DNA of 64,000 nt from positions 11,408,001 to 11,472,000 of the forward strand of contig CM060733.1 in the NCBI GenBank assembly GCA_030704615.1, given 5' to 3'. Positions 1-13,560 of this stretch are shown here, piece after piece; the stretch's first letter is position 1, and each line of letters opens with the position of its first letter. This DNA comes from Takakia lepidozioides (Eukaryota > Plantae > Bryophyta). Both the position numbers and the translations under genes were made by a program. The notes under the pieces are model-generated. The model was not told where the DNA came from, did not search any database, and was given only the letters and a program-made list of their open reading frames with translations.

Positions 1-494
1 GCATTACATACACACATCCACCATTGGCTTTTAAAAATTTTGTAGAAAAAAAAGTACTTCATTTGGAGGCACATTTTCTCTTGTCAATTTTGAGATTTCA
101 ACCCCTATGTAATTGCATGCAAAGCAACCATAGGTGAAAAAATCAGTTGGACCTGCATTTTAGTGGGGTCATAGCCACTCCGCTATTGATTTGGAAATGG
201 TGGGTCTTGGGGCAAGCAAAATTGAATAAAGCTAGGTTTTGATTTGGTCAAACCAATTTCTTTCTCACTTTTTCTTTGGGACCTGATATTTGAGGTCCGG
301 GCCAATGTTATAATCTCACAATTTCCACGGTGGACTTGGCTCATTTTTTTGGTATGTCATGCATAAATGAGGTGGGCCCACTGCTATGAGGCTGGAATCT
401 CTAGATGATTTTTGGTAGGATTCTAGGGGTAATTTACTGTAGCTTGGTACCCAGAATTGGTAAAAAGTCAAAAAAAGGCTTGGGAACTTAAGGG
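1..494. mobile_element. Possible right end of a TTAA-targeting (piggyBac-like) DNA element
   Basis: The segment ends ...CTTAAGGG|TTAA. That TTAA is a native TTAA of the repeat that follows, as seen in its uninterrupted inverted copy near 6720. The left end is outside the window. Confidence 0.3.
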
Positions 495-606
495 TTAATA
501 TTTCAGCTCGTTCTTCAGCAAGTATTTAAGTATTCCAGTTAGTATTTCAACAAGCATTTCAATATTTTAATAATTAGTAAGCCTAAAGATCAGTGTTGTA
601 ATATCG
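495..606 (+). repeat. Dispersed repeat; inverted copy at about 6618-6730
   Basis: The reverse complement of 497-605 aligns by eye to 6618-6726 (shared AAATGCTTGTTGAAATACTAACT). Confidence 0.7.
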
Positions 607-1610
607 TAAATCAGTATATAATTCATACATCAATAAAAGTTCCATTAGGGGCCTTTCTATTTTATAAATAAAAATATTTTCCTCTTATGCAGAACAAGTT
701 TAAAATATATTTTGAATATGTGATTATTTTATGTCAATATTACATTTTGAGGAAATTTTCTACTTAGAGTCTTAGGGTGGAGCCATTACGCGACTAGCCG
801 CTTGCCACTTGTTAATCCCTCCCTAACTATTAATGTGTTAACCTTGTCTAAATGTTATTTTTTCTCTATTCCCCACCGTTAACACCAATCTAGGGCAGAC
901 TGTACTCCCCTTTCTTGGTGGTGAAATATATAGTGAATTCTTCTTGTAAAATTATTGTTAAAAATTAGATGTATGTCCTATTTTGTTTCATGTCATTATG
1001 ACTCAAAGTCTGCGGTGTTTTTCCTTTAAATTATTCAACAAAGAGACAGAGAGAAAAACAAAACAAAAAATCTGCTTGTATAGACTTCTGATTTTCTAAG
1101 GATTGTGAAGTGAATAAGGAAAAACAGTTTTGGCTCTTGGCTGGTATGGTTCCTGTCCTCAGCTTTCCTTGAATCCCCCCGCACTGGGGATCCATGGCCC
1201 GATTATCTCTTCTATAGTGCTTCTCTGGTTCTTAGTAGATGGCTCATTCCAGCTTTAGCTTCCCTTAGTTCCCCAATCTATGGACTCATGGCTCAGAGTG
1301 GTATCTCATTCCTCTGCCTTATGGCCTTGTAAGGTTATTTTTTCTTTACCAGTTATTAATAAAGTTCACAGGGCTACAATCCCTTTGTTACTGTTAAAAA
1401 AACAAAAAAAACAAAAAAAAAAAAAACAAGCCTCAAACGGCAATGGGCTCTTTTGCTTTGGCAAAACATAAGGGGAAGTGAGACTAATAAGGGGCATGAC
1501 TCAGCACAACACACCAATGGGAGCCTTGACACGGTGTAAGGTCCTTTGACCATATTTTCTCCATTGACTTCAACATGTTGCAAAGTCTCTCTTCTATAGA
1601 AGAGAGCCAA

Positions 1611-2197
1611 TGTCAAGGACGAGAACATGACTGAACACAAACAAGATATCAGACTAGAGGTACAAGACTAAACAAGATATCAAGGTCAGCGTGGCCGAAT
1701 GCATGATGAGTAAACATGAATCAAGATGATCTTTATAACAATGGACAAGAGTACAAGATACTGGGATTCGACTTGAATACTGGAATGCTGGAAACTGGAC
1801 TAGACTGCTAGATACTGGAAACTGGGCTAGAGTACTGGAAGCTGAACTGGAGTACTGGAACTGGAAACAAGAGTAGCTTGAACTTGTATTGGCGAGATTG
1901 AAGAGTGTCCAGTCTCGCCTCCTATATATACTGGCTACTATGAAGTTCTCTAAGAAGCTTCCCCAATGGAAGTTTCTTAATGGAGAAGTTTCTAAGGTTA
2001 AACAAAGGTTTCTTGATGGACAAGCTTCCTCCAAATGAAGCTTTCTGAGCAGTTTCCCAAGTTACTCTCGATAATTTGGTAAACTTCCGATAACTTGGTA
2101 ACTTATGATAAATCATTGTAGATCATGGTAAATTATGGTAACTTGGTAACTTCTGGTATTTACTCCTAATAAGTTCCTCTGGGCTATGTCCGTGACA
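1611..2197 (-). mobile_element. LTR (3' LTR of a minus-strand LTR retrotransposon); PPT at 2198-2210
   Basis: Termini TGTCAAGGAC...GTCCGTGACA form a 9/10 inverted match. On the minus strand a purine tract GAGGAGGGGGTGA lies directly before TG, and a TATATATAG box is present. A second partial copy is at 48708-48928. Confidence 0.85.
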
Positions 2198-4049
2198 TCA
2201 CCCCCTCCTCTAGCGCCGAGTTCCTCGAGGAGTAGTAAAATCTTGGACTTGCTTAGAGTTCGAGAAAATCCAAATGGTACTTGCCAAGTATTCGGCTCTT
2301 CGTTCTTGACTCAAATGATTTATAGGTCCCTGCAAATTGCAATTTGTTAATCATGAGGGGAGGGCGGAGCTTCGCCCTCCCGCCACCTCCCGCCGCCACC
2401 GTAGCTAAACTCCATAGTCATGACTAATCTTTTAGGGTTCCGATATCTATTTAGCTATTCTATGTACTTTCTCCTCCTCGCTTGTCGGCTCCGCTATTCT
2501 CACCTCGACTACCACACCTGCGAAACAAGCCCTTGCTGCCAAAGCCCACGCCTTGTGTTCTCTACTTGTAACGATGACCAGCTTTGCTGCTGGACGGTCT
2601 GCTACCCTACGCCATGACACCATGAAGAGAAGAGCGCCTCGAACGGTATATATACCAAAAATGTTACCTTGCGGGAGCCTTCGGCCCCCTCCGAGCTTAC
2701 TATCAACTCTTTGTTCCATGTCGACGCTGGCTGGCCTGCGGCGCTCAGCCACACCTACGCCCCTGATTTATCAGTTTCTATGCAAAGCTACCGGTACTAC
2801 TACAAATGTGTTTTTTGCTTATCTCTGAGCAACCGCCCGCTGCTGCCTGGAGACGCTTCTTCTCCGACCAGCTCAAAGACAGGTCGCGTTGGACATCCCA
2901 AGATCTAGATCGCCAAGCCCTCAACGACTGGGCTCCCCGCCACACATAGTTGCCCGTGGTGGTCGACTCTACTCCCCCCCCCAACCATCGTTGCTGCTGC
3001 CCTGAGTACGGGCTCACCATTGTGAAGAGAAGGCCCCCGGTCTCTGCAACCCCAACAACCTCTGTCGTCTTGTCAGGTTGGCCCCCGTCTGAGTCTTTAC
3101 TTGGCGTTGCGAAGACAACTTTGTTGCAGAGATTCCCGCACTACACTCTCCAAAGTTCTCTCAGGTGCATAGGTTCCACTCCCCCACCCTCCTTGGACAC
3201 TACTTTACCATCATGTCAGGCTTCCACAACAGATAGAAGTCAGTAAGGTAACGAGACTTCCATTGCCCCATCGTACTTGTCATTACAACATCAGCTGACG
3301 ATTACATCCCAAAGAAGCATTCTCTATGGAGGGGGCATTCACCCCCGCGTTTGGATGGCCCCTGGTTTCTCGCAAATGAGCATCGAATTGGTGGGCATCC
3401 CTGTAGAAACAGAAAATGAGTACACAATCTATATGCTCGGCTGGACCCTGTTCCCAGCGAAAGAGGCCAAGAAATCGACTAAGTATTACAACGTTATGGT
3501 GCAGATGCAGTATCCTCGCCAGTTATCTCTCACCATCCGGCTCACTATGGTGCAGTTACAGCACCCCCGCAGGCAATCCAGATTGGATAAAAGTTCAAGT
3601 GATTCTCTATTAAGGAAGTTAGCAAAGCTTACATCTATGAAGGATGTTTTGCCCCACATGCGGTTCACTTGTTCACCTACAACTGAAAAAAGTAGGGGTG
3701 GACAGTCTCAAGAACCGCCAACACTAAGAAATGAAATGTTTAGCGCTCGCACAACTGGCTGTGCTTGCGACGGGGAGGCAGGGCAGCGTGGGAAAGAGTC
3801 TGTCGTGCAAGAGGGTGCAAAAACCGCCGAGTTGAAAATGTAGGAATCTCTCAGAGGCTCTGAGTTCAATGAGGTGAAGGCACGCGGCCGTCCTCATACA
3901 AAGATGTCGTACGAAGATGATGCGCAGGGAAGTTGGGATCTGATCCATGCAAATGTTTCTCTTGGAAATCAAGGCCGAAAGTTCTTACTGCAGAGATCAT
4001 AGATTACCTCCATGTTTGGAGCAGAGAAGCTGTGGGATGCCTGTCAGAT

Positions 4050-4186
4050 TACCAGGTGTCATTCTGAAAACTGCCCTGGTGGACATGATATGCCAAATGG
4101 GGTCGGATCGAGGATGCACAGGGAGTATTGTGGCTGAACGAGATGTGGTGTCGTGGAGTGCGATACTTGCAGGGTATGCACAGTAG
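4050..4186 (+). pseudogene. PLS-class PPR fragment
   Basis: VILKTALVDM...AERDVVSWSAILAGYAQ, degenerate and isolated. Confidence 0.75.
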
Positions 4187-5117
4187 GGGCGTGGGATGCG
4201 TGGGATGGGGGATATTCTTCCATCCAGTCACCATCGTACTCGTGTCCATTTGTTGTGATCATTCAAATGCTCCTTTGCAAACCGGTAAATTCAAGAGTAA
4301 GATTGTAGGTGTTTTTCTGGACCATAATGGGTGCTGCCCCCAGGAGTTTTGATGAATGTACATTTGGTTTTGACTGGCTGGCAAAAATGTATGATAGTGG
4401 TGTCCATGGGCTGAAAATCTAGGCACTGATTTGCGCAATGACAGAGGTTAGTGTTGAAGGGTTGGAGGCAGAGGCATAGCACCTTGTGGAGACCAGTACC
4501 ACCCTGGTTCTTACCCCAAGTTAGTAGATTGTGAGATTTGTTTTTACTCGTCCCGTCAGGAAATGTGTTGGCTGGTTTGAGTTGCTATGAGGGTCTACAT
4601 GTTTTTATTATGTTGTGGAGCAGGATGTGTGAGCCTCATGGAAAAGCTTGAGAATGTCAGGTCACCAGTGTTTGTTACTGTGCAGACTCTCTTAGCCAAT
4701 GTGGCTTTGCCCTACAAATGGAGCTCTTCCCACTGGAGTTCCTCCACTTTGTTTCCATTCATCCCTCTCTGTGAAGAACAACCTTCCTTTTTTTGGTCCT
4801 CCCATAGTTACCAAAGTGCCAAGGGTGCAGGGACATGTATGTATATTAGGTATGATTACGTATCTAGTAACAGGTTGGGTTGAATGGAGTTGGAGTATTG
4901 ACCAAAGCCTTTACAAAGTGTTTCCGCCATGGAGCAGTGTGCATAAAGATGAACTAAACAACTTCATATATGTATGAATAGATATCACTGGAATAATTGC
5001 TGATACCTTCAGTACTTTTTTAGGGCCTTGCAAGCAATTTGTAGAGACACATGAGAGGTCAGGAGGAGTGTCACATAGTACATGACGAAGAAACTTTGAT
5101 TTTTGGCCATTCTGTAG

Positions 5118-5194
5118 AAGAAGGAGAGGGACCACTTTTCACGGTTTGTGACAGAAGCTTCACAGCTTACTTCAAAAGGAAGCGCAGGGATAAG
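5118..5194 (+). pseudogene. Orphan exon of an OTU deubiquitinase (OTLD1/OTU6-like)
   Basis: AG/GT-bounded exon reading KERDHFSRFVTE-(1-nt deletion)-FTAYFKRKRRDK, which matches the plant OTU motif ERDHFSQFITEGFTSYCKRKRRDK. Confidence 0.75.
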
Positions 5195-5404
5195 GTAGGT
5201 CTCTCTGTCTCTTGTTCTTCTAGAAGTCTTATTTGCAGATATTTATAACTTCTGCTTGGTTTTCTCCCCCCTTGAACAATTAGTCTTTGTGGTGCTTGTA
5301 CATTACATTATGGTTGTCAAGAACTCCACTCCCCCCAACATGTGGGCTGCATGGGTTGTTTATTTGAAGATCTCCACTGGCGAGTCAATATTGGAATGAT
5401 GTTG

Positions 5405-5600
5405 AGACCACTAGTTCCTACATAGACATCTGATTCAAATCCAGCTCTGACAATGTGGGCATGAAGCCCCTTGGCCTGCCCTAGAGCTGCTGGGCTGGCA
5501 CACATTTTGAGGATGCAAATGAGAGTGACCTTGTCGGGCTCTACACCTTCTTGTTGCATTTGCCCAAAGAGTTCAAATGCCTCTTTACCATGCCCTTGCT
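5405..5600 (-). pseudogene. PLS-class PPR fragment
   Basis: GHGKEAFELFGQMQQEGVEPDKVTLICILKMCASPAALGQAKGLHAHIVRAGFESDVYVGTS. Confidence 0.85.
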
Positions 5601-5829
5601 CATTACATCAATTAACTCGCCATAGGTTACTTTTCTGGGGGCTGAAATTTCCCCAACGGCGGACCTTTAAGGGTTAAGTTGTCAGGCTTGTATGATATCT
5701 TCCACCACAATTCACCTACCATAAATTCCAAATAGGATGCTCGAAAGTTCATTTTCTACATCATCCGATAGTCCCTATCATTGGAAAGACTCACATAGTC
5801 CCTATCATTGGAAAGACTCACATAGTTAC

Positions 5830-6070
5830 TGAATTTATTGCAGTCCAAGAGACCACATCTCGTTTCGGCATTTTGGCATCAATATGCAATATGCACCTCA
5901 AGCTGAGTCTGATGAGAAAATGACCTCTTGTGTGCTGCTTGTGTCTGTAGTCAGATAATGTCGGATTGGTCTGTGAGAACCACCACGGTGATCTGAGCGG
6001 GCAGCGATTGAAACACGACATGCTAAGACCAAGCTGACTCTCCCAAGAACCTTGTAAACATCAGGAAGAA
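5830..6070 (-). pseudogene. PDF-motif cassette fragment joined to a PPR fragment
   Basis: The reverse complement matches 52205-52360 (PWWFSxTNPTLxDYRxKQHT) and continues into MPKRDVVSWTAI. Confidence 0.7.
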
Positions 6071-6074
6071 TGAT

Positions 6075-6345
6075 CGTAGAGTGGACTGGCTTATATGGGA
6101 ATTGACTGGCCGCGTGCTAACACACTACTGGTACACAATCCACTTGCATGAAGGATGGCAGTGTTCAACAGTATGGCTGAGGGTTTTCCCAGCATGGATG
6201 TGGGATGGACTTGAGAACTCAAACCTGATGCTTACACAAGTTTCCTTTTATTACACACGAGCACGTGCAAGAAGCCCAATCGCTCGCCGGATTGTAAACA
6301 ATGTATGTTATGCCAGGGTGATTGGTGCTGAGAACATAGGCTAGC
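6075..6345 (-). mobile_element. MULE-type transposase remnant (SWIM zinc finger)
   Basis: YIVYNPASDWASCTCSCVIKGNLCKHQV fits the CxCx7CKH SWIM motif. Further degenerate coding-like sequence lies at about 8150-8590. Confidence 0.6.
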
Positions 6346-8928
6346 TGTCCAGGGCTCTCTAGAAGAGTAACATTGCATGCTGGAATGTCCCGTGCCGCAA
6401 GCACCGAACTGGAAATGTACTTTTCCTGTTTGTCATTTCGTATGAACCCGTGCACCAAACGTGGCGACAATGACGTGGCACTATGACACCCTATACTTGC
6501 TCTACGCTAAACTAGCTTCTGACCTTCTGTCGTCGCTAGAATTATTTATTTATTTCTTCATAAAGATGGGGTAGAGGCCCCTGTAGAACTTCAGTTCTTG
6601 ATGTATGAATTAAATATTGATGTACAAAACTGATCTTCGGATTTATTAATTATTAAAATATTAAAATGCTTGTTGAAATACTAACTAAAATATTGAAATA
6701 CTTGTGGAAGAACTAGCTGAGATATTAAAATGCTGGCTGAAAAATCGCTGAAATACTCGCTGAAATACTGAAATACTTGATGAAAATCCTGATTGAAATA
6801 CTGAAATACTGAAATACTGGTAAACTGAAATATTGCACTTCACATGCAGGGCAACAGACAGGGGGGAACAGGAACAGGAAAGAATGGGCACTTACATCAC
6901 GAAAATCTTCATCATCACAGGTGACTTACCAGGAATAGTAAAAAGAAAAAAAGAAAAACAACTTCATTAAACAAAGAGAAATGAAATGAAATTAAACTGA
7001 GAGAAAGAAACAATGTATGTGTGCCACAAAGATATCCATCCAGCAACAAGCCACATATCAAATGGGGACCTGCGTCAGCTATCATACTCGGCCCGTTTGG
7101 TGTCTCTCTTGTGGGCTGCTCCCCTCCCAAAAGCAAAAAAAGACCATTCTAAGATCTATTACATGGTTAATATGCGAGTTCTTTGGCAGGATATGAGAAT
7201 GATCTGGCCACACAAAAGATCACTACTGGAATTATTTAAAAATCTGCCAATGACAAACAGAGCATGCCAAGCACACTACTTTCAAATTAGCATTGATATC
7301 TGTGGATACTGTAACTCACAGGGAGGTGGGAAAGAGCTGGGCCATGAGTCGGGGGGCAAGAGCACAGGGACACTCTCAAAGGGGTGCCCTGATGCCTTTT
7401 GCTCCAATATTTCTACAAACCCTGAGAGAAAAAAAAAGTCCAATCTCAGTACTGCAGCAAAACCCCATAGCAAAATCGTTTTAATTGCAGTTAGCATGAC
7501 TTGCACAGCTTCATGAAAGAAACAATATAAGCCTACAAGGCTTAATACCATTTGGACCAGCAAGCTGCTCCAAACTTCTGAGACACAGCAGCCCACACTG
7601 GTGCCCCTAACCATAGGGTTTAAGGAGAAGACAGGCAGAGAATACAAAACAATGGACCATCCAGATTGACATTGCATGTGGAGGAGGAGCAAAAGGAATT
7701 TTCTCTGTGCTTTTGGGCTGATCAGTCCCCTCCCCTGGGACGCCTCTCCATGTCATCAAGAATCAGGTGCCGGGCAAGTGTTCTGTGTAGGGGGTGATTT
7801 TTTCACATTCCACAGCCTGGGACAGACATGTTTGTGTGGATTGTTTGCTGTCCTCTGAACTTTTTTCCCAAACTTTCACCATATTCTCAACCCATATTAT
7901 TCCATACATATCTATCACTTTGGCCATATTGGGTTCTCAAATTTTCCACACTACCGATCCCCACTCTAAAGAAATACTCTTGTGCATATTTTGTATACTA
8001 CATTTCAGTTGAGATATGAAGAGTTGATCAGTGCTGCACATGAATGTGGATGCAAGTTGTGTACAGTCAGTATTGGTTTATTCTCATGTGCCACCTATAA
8101 GAAGCCCCTTGCAATGCGTATCCTCATATATGCCTTTTGATGTGCAGAGAGGTTTGCTTAAGCCATGTTTACATTAAATAGGGAGGCCTTTGCTTGATCA
8201 TGCATTGAGCTCTTCATGTGAATTTGGTGGTACATGTTTCAATTGAAGTCCATTTGCATAAAGTGAGCAGCTGCTACTACTACATGATGCTCTAGTTGAG
8301 TAGGCTTGACACTGGGCAACAGGTTGTCTCTGGTGATTATTATGCTGTTCAACCCAGCCCAAATGGAATGATCTGTTGACAGGAAGGGTATGTGTGGCAA
8401 GACATTGCAAGAGGGCTTTGTGGCTCGGTCAGGTTGTAGGCAAGTTTGCCGCTGGAGTGCAAGGTGCCAAGGAAAGACCAGCGCAGCCTTTTCTCCAGCT
8501 GCTTCAACATGTGCCTTCACATGTCCATTGGCCCCTCGATGGCCTGTGAAGAGCAGTAGCCTCTATAAATCTGCCGAACCTTAAACAGACATTTCACTTT
8601 ATTTTTCATTCAATTTTTCAGGTCCACCTTGGGAGAGTAAGACAAAATTTTCAGTGTACAATAGCTTCTCGGAGGTATCCGGCCAGGTATGATGCTGCTT
8701 ACTATCTTAAATGTGTATGTTTGGGGTTCAAATGTGCATGTAGGTATTGTGAAACTAGTGATCCTCAACATTGGATATCAAACTAGATATCCTTGGCTTC
8801 TAGTACCCTGAGGTTATTAGACAGTTATCTAAATAGGTTATTGATCAAAACATGTAAGCCTTAGCACGGCCAGCATACATCCCAACAACAATTAAAGAAA
8901 AAGTAGATAGATTGGATAGTACTACCTA

Positions 8929-9013
8929 TTCAAGACAAATAGAAGAGAGGTGGACTAACCACTCCTCTGGATTCAAGACAAATAGAAGAGAGGTGGACTA
9001 ACCACTCCTCTGG
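8929..9013 (+). repeat. Tandem duplication of about 43 bp
   Basis: TTCAAGACAAATAGAAGAGAGGTGGACTAACCACTCCTCTGGA occurs twice. Confidence 0.9.
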
Positions 9014-9758
9014 AGCCTTTCTTGTTGGTGAACCATGGACTTTCTCTGAGTCTGCAATTGTCAGATCTGTAGAGACACATTCATATCAATGTGCAGGATC
9101 CTTAGATCCTATTCTGCTGGTAGTCATGAATAGCCCTAAAAGCTAGATAACCAGGTTTCAGCAGCTTGTAAAGTGAGAGCATAAAGACATTGAAATTGAA
9201 ATTGAAATTGAAAGAGCATTGAAATTGATACAAATGTGTGAAGTTCCTGACCACAAAACATCACAGATGGATTGGGACATGCCCTGAGCAAAAGACTTTG
9301 CAGGCAACCAGACAAATGAACCAACACTGGCCCTGGTGGACAAGGTATGCTATGTTCAATAGCAACCCAATTAAACCCCTAAACATACCCAAATCCCTAT
9401 CCTCCAAGACTGGACATAGTTGCAATTTACGATGCATCATTCAGTCTAGCCAACCAAGCCGAAAACTGACAAATGATATAAACACTCAACATGAGGCCTC
9501 CCTCACCTGCTGCAATCCACTGATAAAAGGCCTCGAGGGTAACCAGCTCTTGCAGGTGGTTAATCGCGGCAGGGGCTGTTTTGAAGGTCGAAGAAAGTGA
9601 GAGCCTTCACGTGTTTGGCCTTCCGACTAGATTATCCGATTTATTGGGCAGATCTGCCCGCGGAACTTATTGTAAGACTGTCTATGAGTCTCTTACTAGA
9701 AGAGGCCCTGACCAGAAGAAAAATTATTTTATTACGGTAACGTAATCTGCCTGCGCCG

Positions 9759-11848
9759 TCAATCCAGGGAGGCAAGCCTTTCAATCAAGTCATCAACTGC
9801 AGGCTGCCGATCCACCAAGCTCAACCTACAGTACTGTGCGGGGACACCAAAAGCTTCTCCACCTCGTGCAAGAATGCCTTTCCGCAGGAGGGCCTTCCGA
9901 CAGTCTTCCTCCTTCTCACTCTTCAGCCATAGAAACGCTGCCAAGTATTGAACAGCAGACAGCACAATGTAAGAATTACAATAAACCAGAAAAGTTGAAT
10001 CACTCTTGAGTAGTGTTGGCGGCCAAGTACCTGGATTGGTGAAGTATGTCATCCCCATGAAGGTGCAGTAAGCTGGCGATGTAAATTCAGGGATGGTAAA
10101 TCGTGTGTTGTCCCTCAAAGCAGCTCGAACTGCCTTCCAACGAGCCTCCATGATCTCCTTGCCAAAGTGAAAAAAAAGCTTCCTGGTGATGAGGTTATCG
10201 ACTGTAGAAGAGTTTGGACAGCTGTTCTTGAGCTGATCATTCTTAAACGGAGGCCCACTTAAGCCTGACTCCTTGTAACCACTCAGAACAGCTCGAATCA
10301 TAATAGTGGCACGGATCTGAGCGTCTTGTGATACACCAATGGTGTTATTCTCAATAAACCTAGCCATCATCTTAGCCACCTGAGGCGATTTCACGATAGC
10401 CCAACTACAAAACCAACAAACATTATCATTTGTAAGAGTCTCATTGATATATCAACATATTTGTCCACCGGACATACGGTCTATGTCACAAAACGTGTGT
10501 AATGCAGTCCTAGATTCAATGTAAGGCATTCGATGTGTAAGCAGATAATTAGAAGCAGACTGCAAAACTTGTCTAAAAATAGAATATGAGGTGAAGTGTT
10601 TAGCTTTAGGTCATACCCAATGCGCGATCCAGCATGCCCTGTGCACTTGGAAAGTGTGAAAAGCATGATGTCCTGATCTTCTGCACCGGTGATTGGGGAG
10701 AATGTTGGCCAGTAATAAGCCAAGTCATGGATCAATGACCTACCAGAAGCGTTCACCTTAAGAGCTTTGCGTATGTGACCATCTGGGTTATTTGGGGAGG
10801 TAACCACCTCAATGTATGCATCATCCTCTGACTTCAGCGAAAAGGTTGTTGCATCGCCGGCCCACTTGAAGAGTCCAGACCGCAAAAAGTCAACCTGTGC
10901 CGGATACGACTGCATTATCGTCAATCAACCCCATGAAGAAGATGTTAGATCAATCTGAATTGTGATAGCGCTTATATTTATGAGTGACTATTCAAAAGAT
11001 CCATTCACTCCACTTGACAAGAAACAGCAATATTGTGAAGAATTACTACAATGTATCTTGAAAGTTGATAGAGTTCCTAAGGAGCTTAACAATTCACAAC
11101 ATCTATGATCATCAGCATAATTTCAAGTAGCAGTATTTGTTTTTTTTTAAATCACTTTTCAAGGAATAAATCTAAAATTATTTCTTACTGAGTAATATGG
11201 AGCTGCAGCAACCACGGGTGTCGGAGACGTTTTTTCTGGATTTGACAATGCGTAAACTGCAGCTAGGAAAAGTTGGGTCGATCCTGTGCCGACAATGAGA
11301 AAGCGATCTGCCACCACCGCATTGCCAACAAAATTGTGCAGATCCCTAATTGCATCGTCGAGATCTCCATGGACAAACCAGATGCCTACATCGTTGTATC
11401 CCTTGTTCTGGGAAAAATAACTCATGCGATCATTGGCATGGGTCAAATGCCGGTATTCATCTCCTCCATAATCCCAATAGGCTTGGAACACAGTGGGATC
11501 CCCACTGTAATACCAAAAGGTTCATGCGAGTGGTCACACAAGTTAGTGTCATTGATAAGAGCTTAAATTGCTCAAGAATCTCTAGATCTGAAGCAAGTTG
11601 CAGCAAACCTAGATAGTGCACAATGCATATGATGGCAGTACTTGCAGGTGTTTGGGAGAACTAATCCAATTACAGAACTACATACGTGGACCCCAAGTAT
11701 TTTCCTTTGAGCTATAAGGGATTCTCGAACCAATAGGAAAAGAGAGAATTGGGCCATCAAGAATCACTTACTGATCGCAATTCAGCGTCGTCCTTTCAGG
11801 ATTTGCTGCAGTTGGGCCAATGGCATAGCTTGATATTGTTGTTGCCAT
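9759..11848 (-). CDS. TAA1: Tryptophan aminotransferase TAA1/TAR (alliinase-like PLP enzyme), 412 aa; exons 11848-11772, 11504-11189, 10909-10617, 10404-10031, 9937-9759
   Basis: Five exons with GT-AG introns and consistent phases give 1239 nt. Motifs: LNCDHGDPT, GTGSTQL, APYYS, VTSPNNPDG, DLAYYWP, and the PLP-lysine motif FTLSKCTGHAGSRIGW. The symbol denotes the family; orthology is untested. Confidence 0.93.
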
Positions 11849-13560
11849 AGCTCAAAGGGTTTTGAGGGAGCTGCAATGAGTAGAAATGTGATCCTTTTAG
11901 TTTCGATCCTCTAGATCGACTCCTTCTATACTTTATTACCTTATATCACAATAAACAGTGCATTCAAGAGCTATATAGAAAAGACCACTCCTGGAAGGCA
12001 GCCCTCCTACCGAGGCCTGAACTCCCCGCTCAAGACTCACAAGACTCATGTTATCTTATCTTAGAAGTACTCCATCCATATATCCTTAACGACATATGAG
12101 GATATCCAGGGAATATTCGAATGATCGTGCACAACCTGTGCTGTTGTATGCTGCCGTGCTGGTACGATCATCATGTATGGGTGCGCCATATAAGCACACT
12201 CTAATACTGACATCTCACTCTTTTGATAGAATGACATCTCACGTTCTTTTGATAGCGTGCACTCTTTCCCCAGTCTGTAAGTACATACATACAAATATAT
12301 TCGCACGAACTCTTCAACTCTTTAAGGCTAGATGGTCAGTGGGGTAGGATTAAGAGTGTAGTCTTGCACACACAAACACATGCAATATAGATCTTAAGGA
12401 GCACAAGGACCTGCAAGGATACAACCACCTCATACAACTTGGGTCTACTGATCAGGTGCAGTTTACAACTCCTAAAAGCTATAGCGAATTGAAGTACTCC
12501 TACCCAACATAAATGAGAAAGAAATGTGCAGGGCAAGGAAACAAACCAACTCTCTAGCTTCACGTTTGGCCGGGTGAGAGAGAAGACTCCTGCCGAAGTG
12601 TAAACTAAGAGCCACTGCGCTTTGAGGAGGGTGAGATATGTTATATAAGGGATCAGAGTGCTGCCGTTACAGGATCAAATTCCTCCCTAGATCCTGAGGA
12701 ACCATAGGCATTCACTATCTCAGCTACTGAGTATGTCACTCTACAAGGGCATGCATGCCCGTTAAAGATTAGTGGGACATCCAATCCACACAACACTGGC
12801 GCAGGTTTCGATCGGTCAATCTGTTTTAGTGGGCCCTGTGATGGTTGATATTACTTGCCGTCCAAAAGAGACTTGTAGACTGGTTTTTCTTGTAGAGATT
12901 GATGTACAATTGCTGGAGATTCGATGGACAATTATCATGATGTATCACTGTCGGTTATATTAAACTTTGTAGTCTTGGGCAGAGAACCTATGCAACTTGC
13001 CTTGTTTTGAAAGTGAAGGCGATAGACATGGCTGTCTCTATTGCTTTTCAGCTCTAGTACACTTGTAGGCCGCGTCTTGACCAGTGTTGTGCAGATATCA
13101 CCTTTTATTGTCCACCAGTTCTGGATACATGTATTTATTTTATTGCATAATATCCACCGGTTCCAGGTATCATATATCATCGTAGCCTGGTTTTAAAATA
13201 ATGATCCACATTGCAGGTACCAGATATCGGTCCAAGTAATACCCGCCTGCATTGACTATGGTATCAATCGGATACATATTTTGTGTGAGTACCACACTCA
13301 TAAAAATGATCAAAATAGGTCCAAAATATTTAATTACATCTCTCGAATCATGTTAGGTTAGCATCGTCAACACATTGGTCATCCACCAAATCCACTATGA
13401 GGTTATGTAAATAATATGAATTTATCATATGTAGATGGCATTTACTTTTTATTTTTAGAGGAAGAAACACCCAAGGTGAGATAAAAATGTAACTTCGTTC
13501 ATAGTAACCTGGCCATATGAGAGGCTCAAAGGGGGAGGAGATAATTAACCACAGCATAAG

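Noticed and set aside
1654-2034. 126-aa ORF whose C-terminus recurs in ORF 48415-48885
   Set aside because: This is read-through of LTR sequence; the match reflects two LTR copies, not a protein domain.
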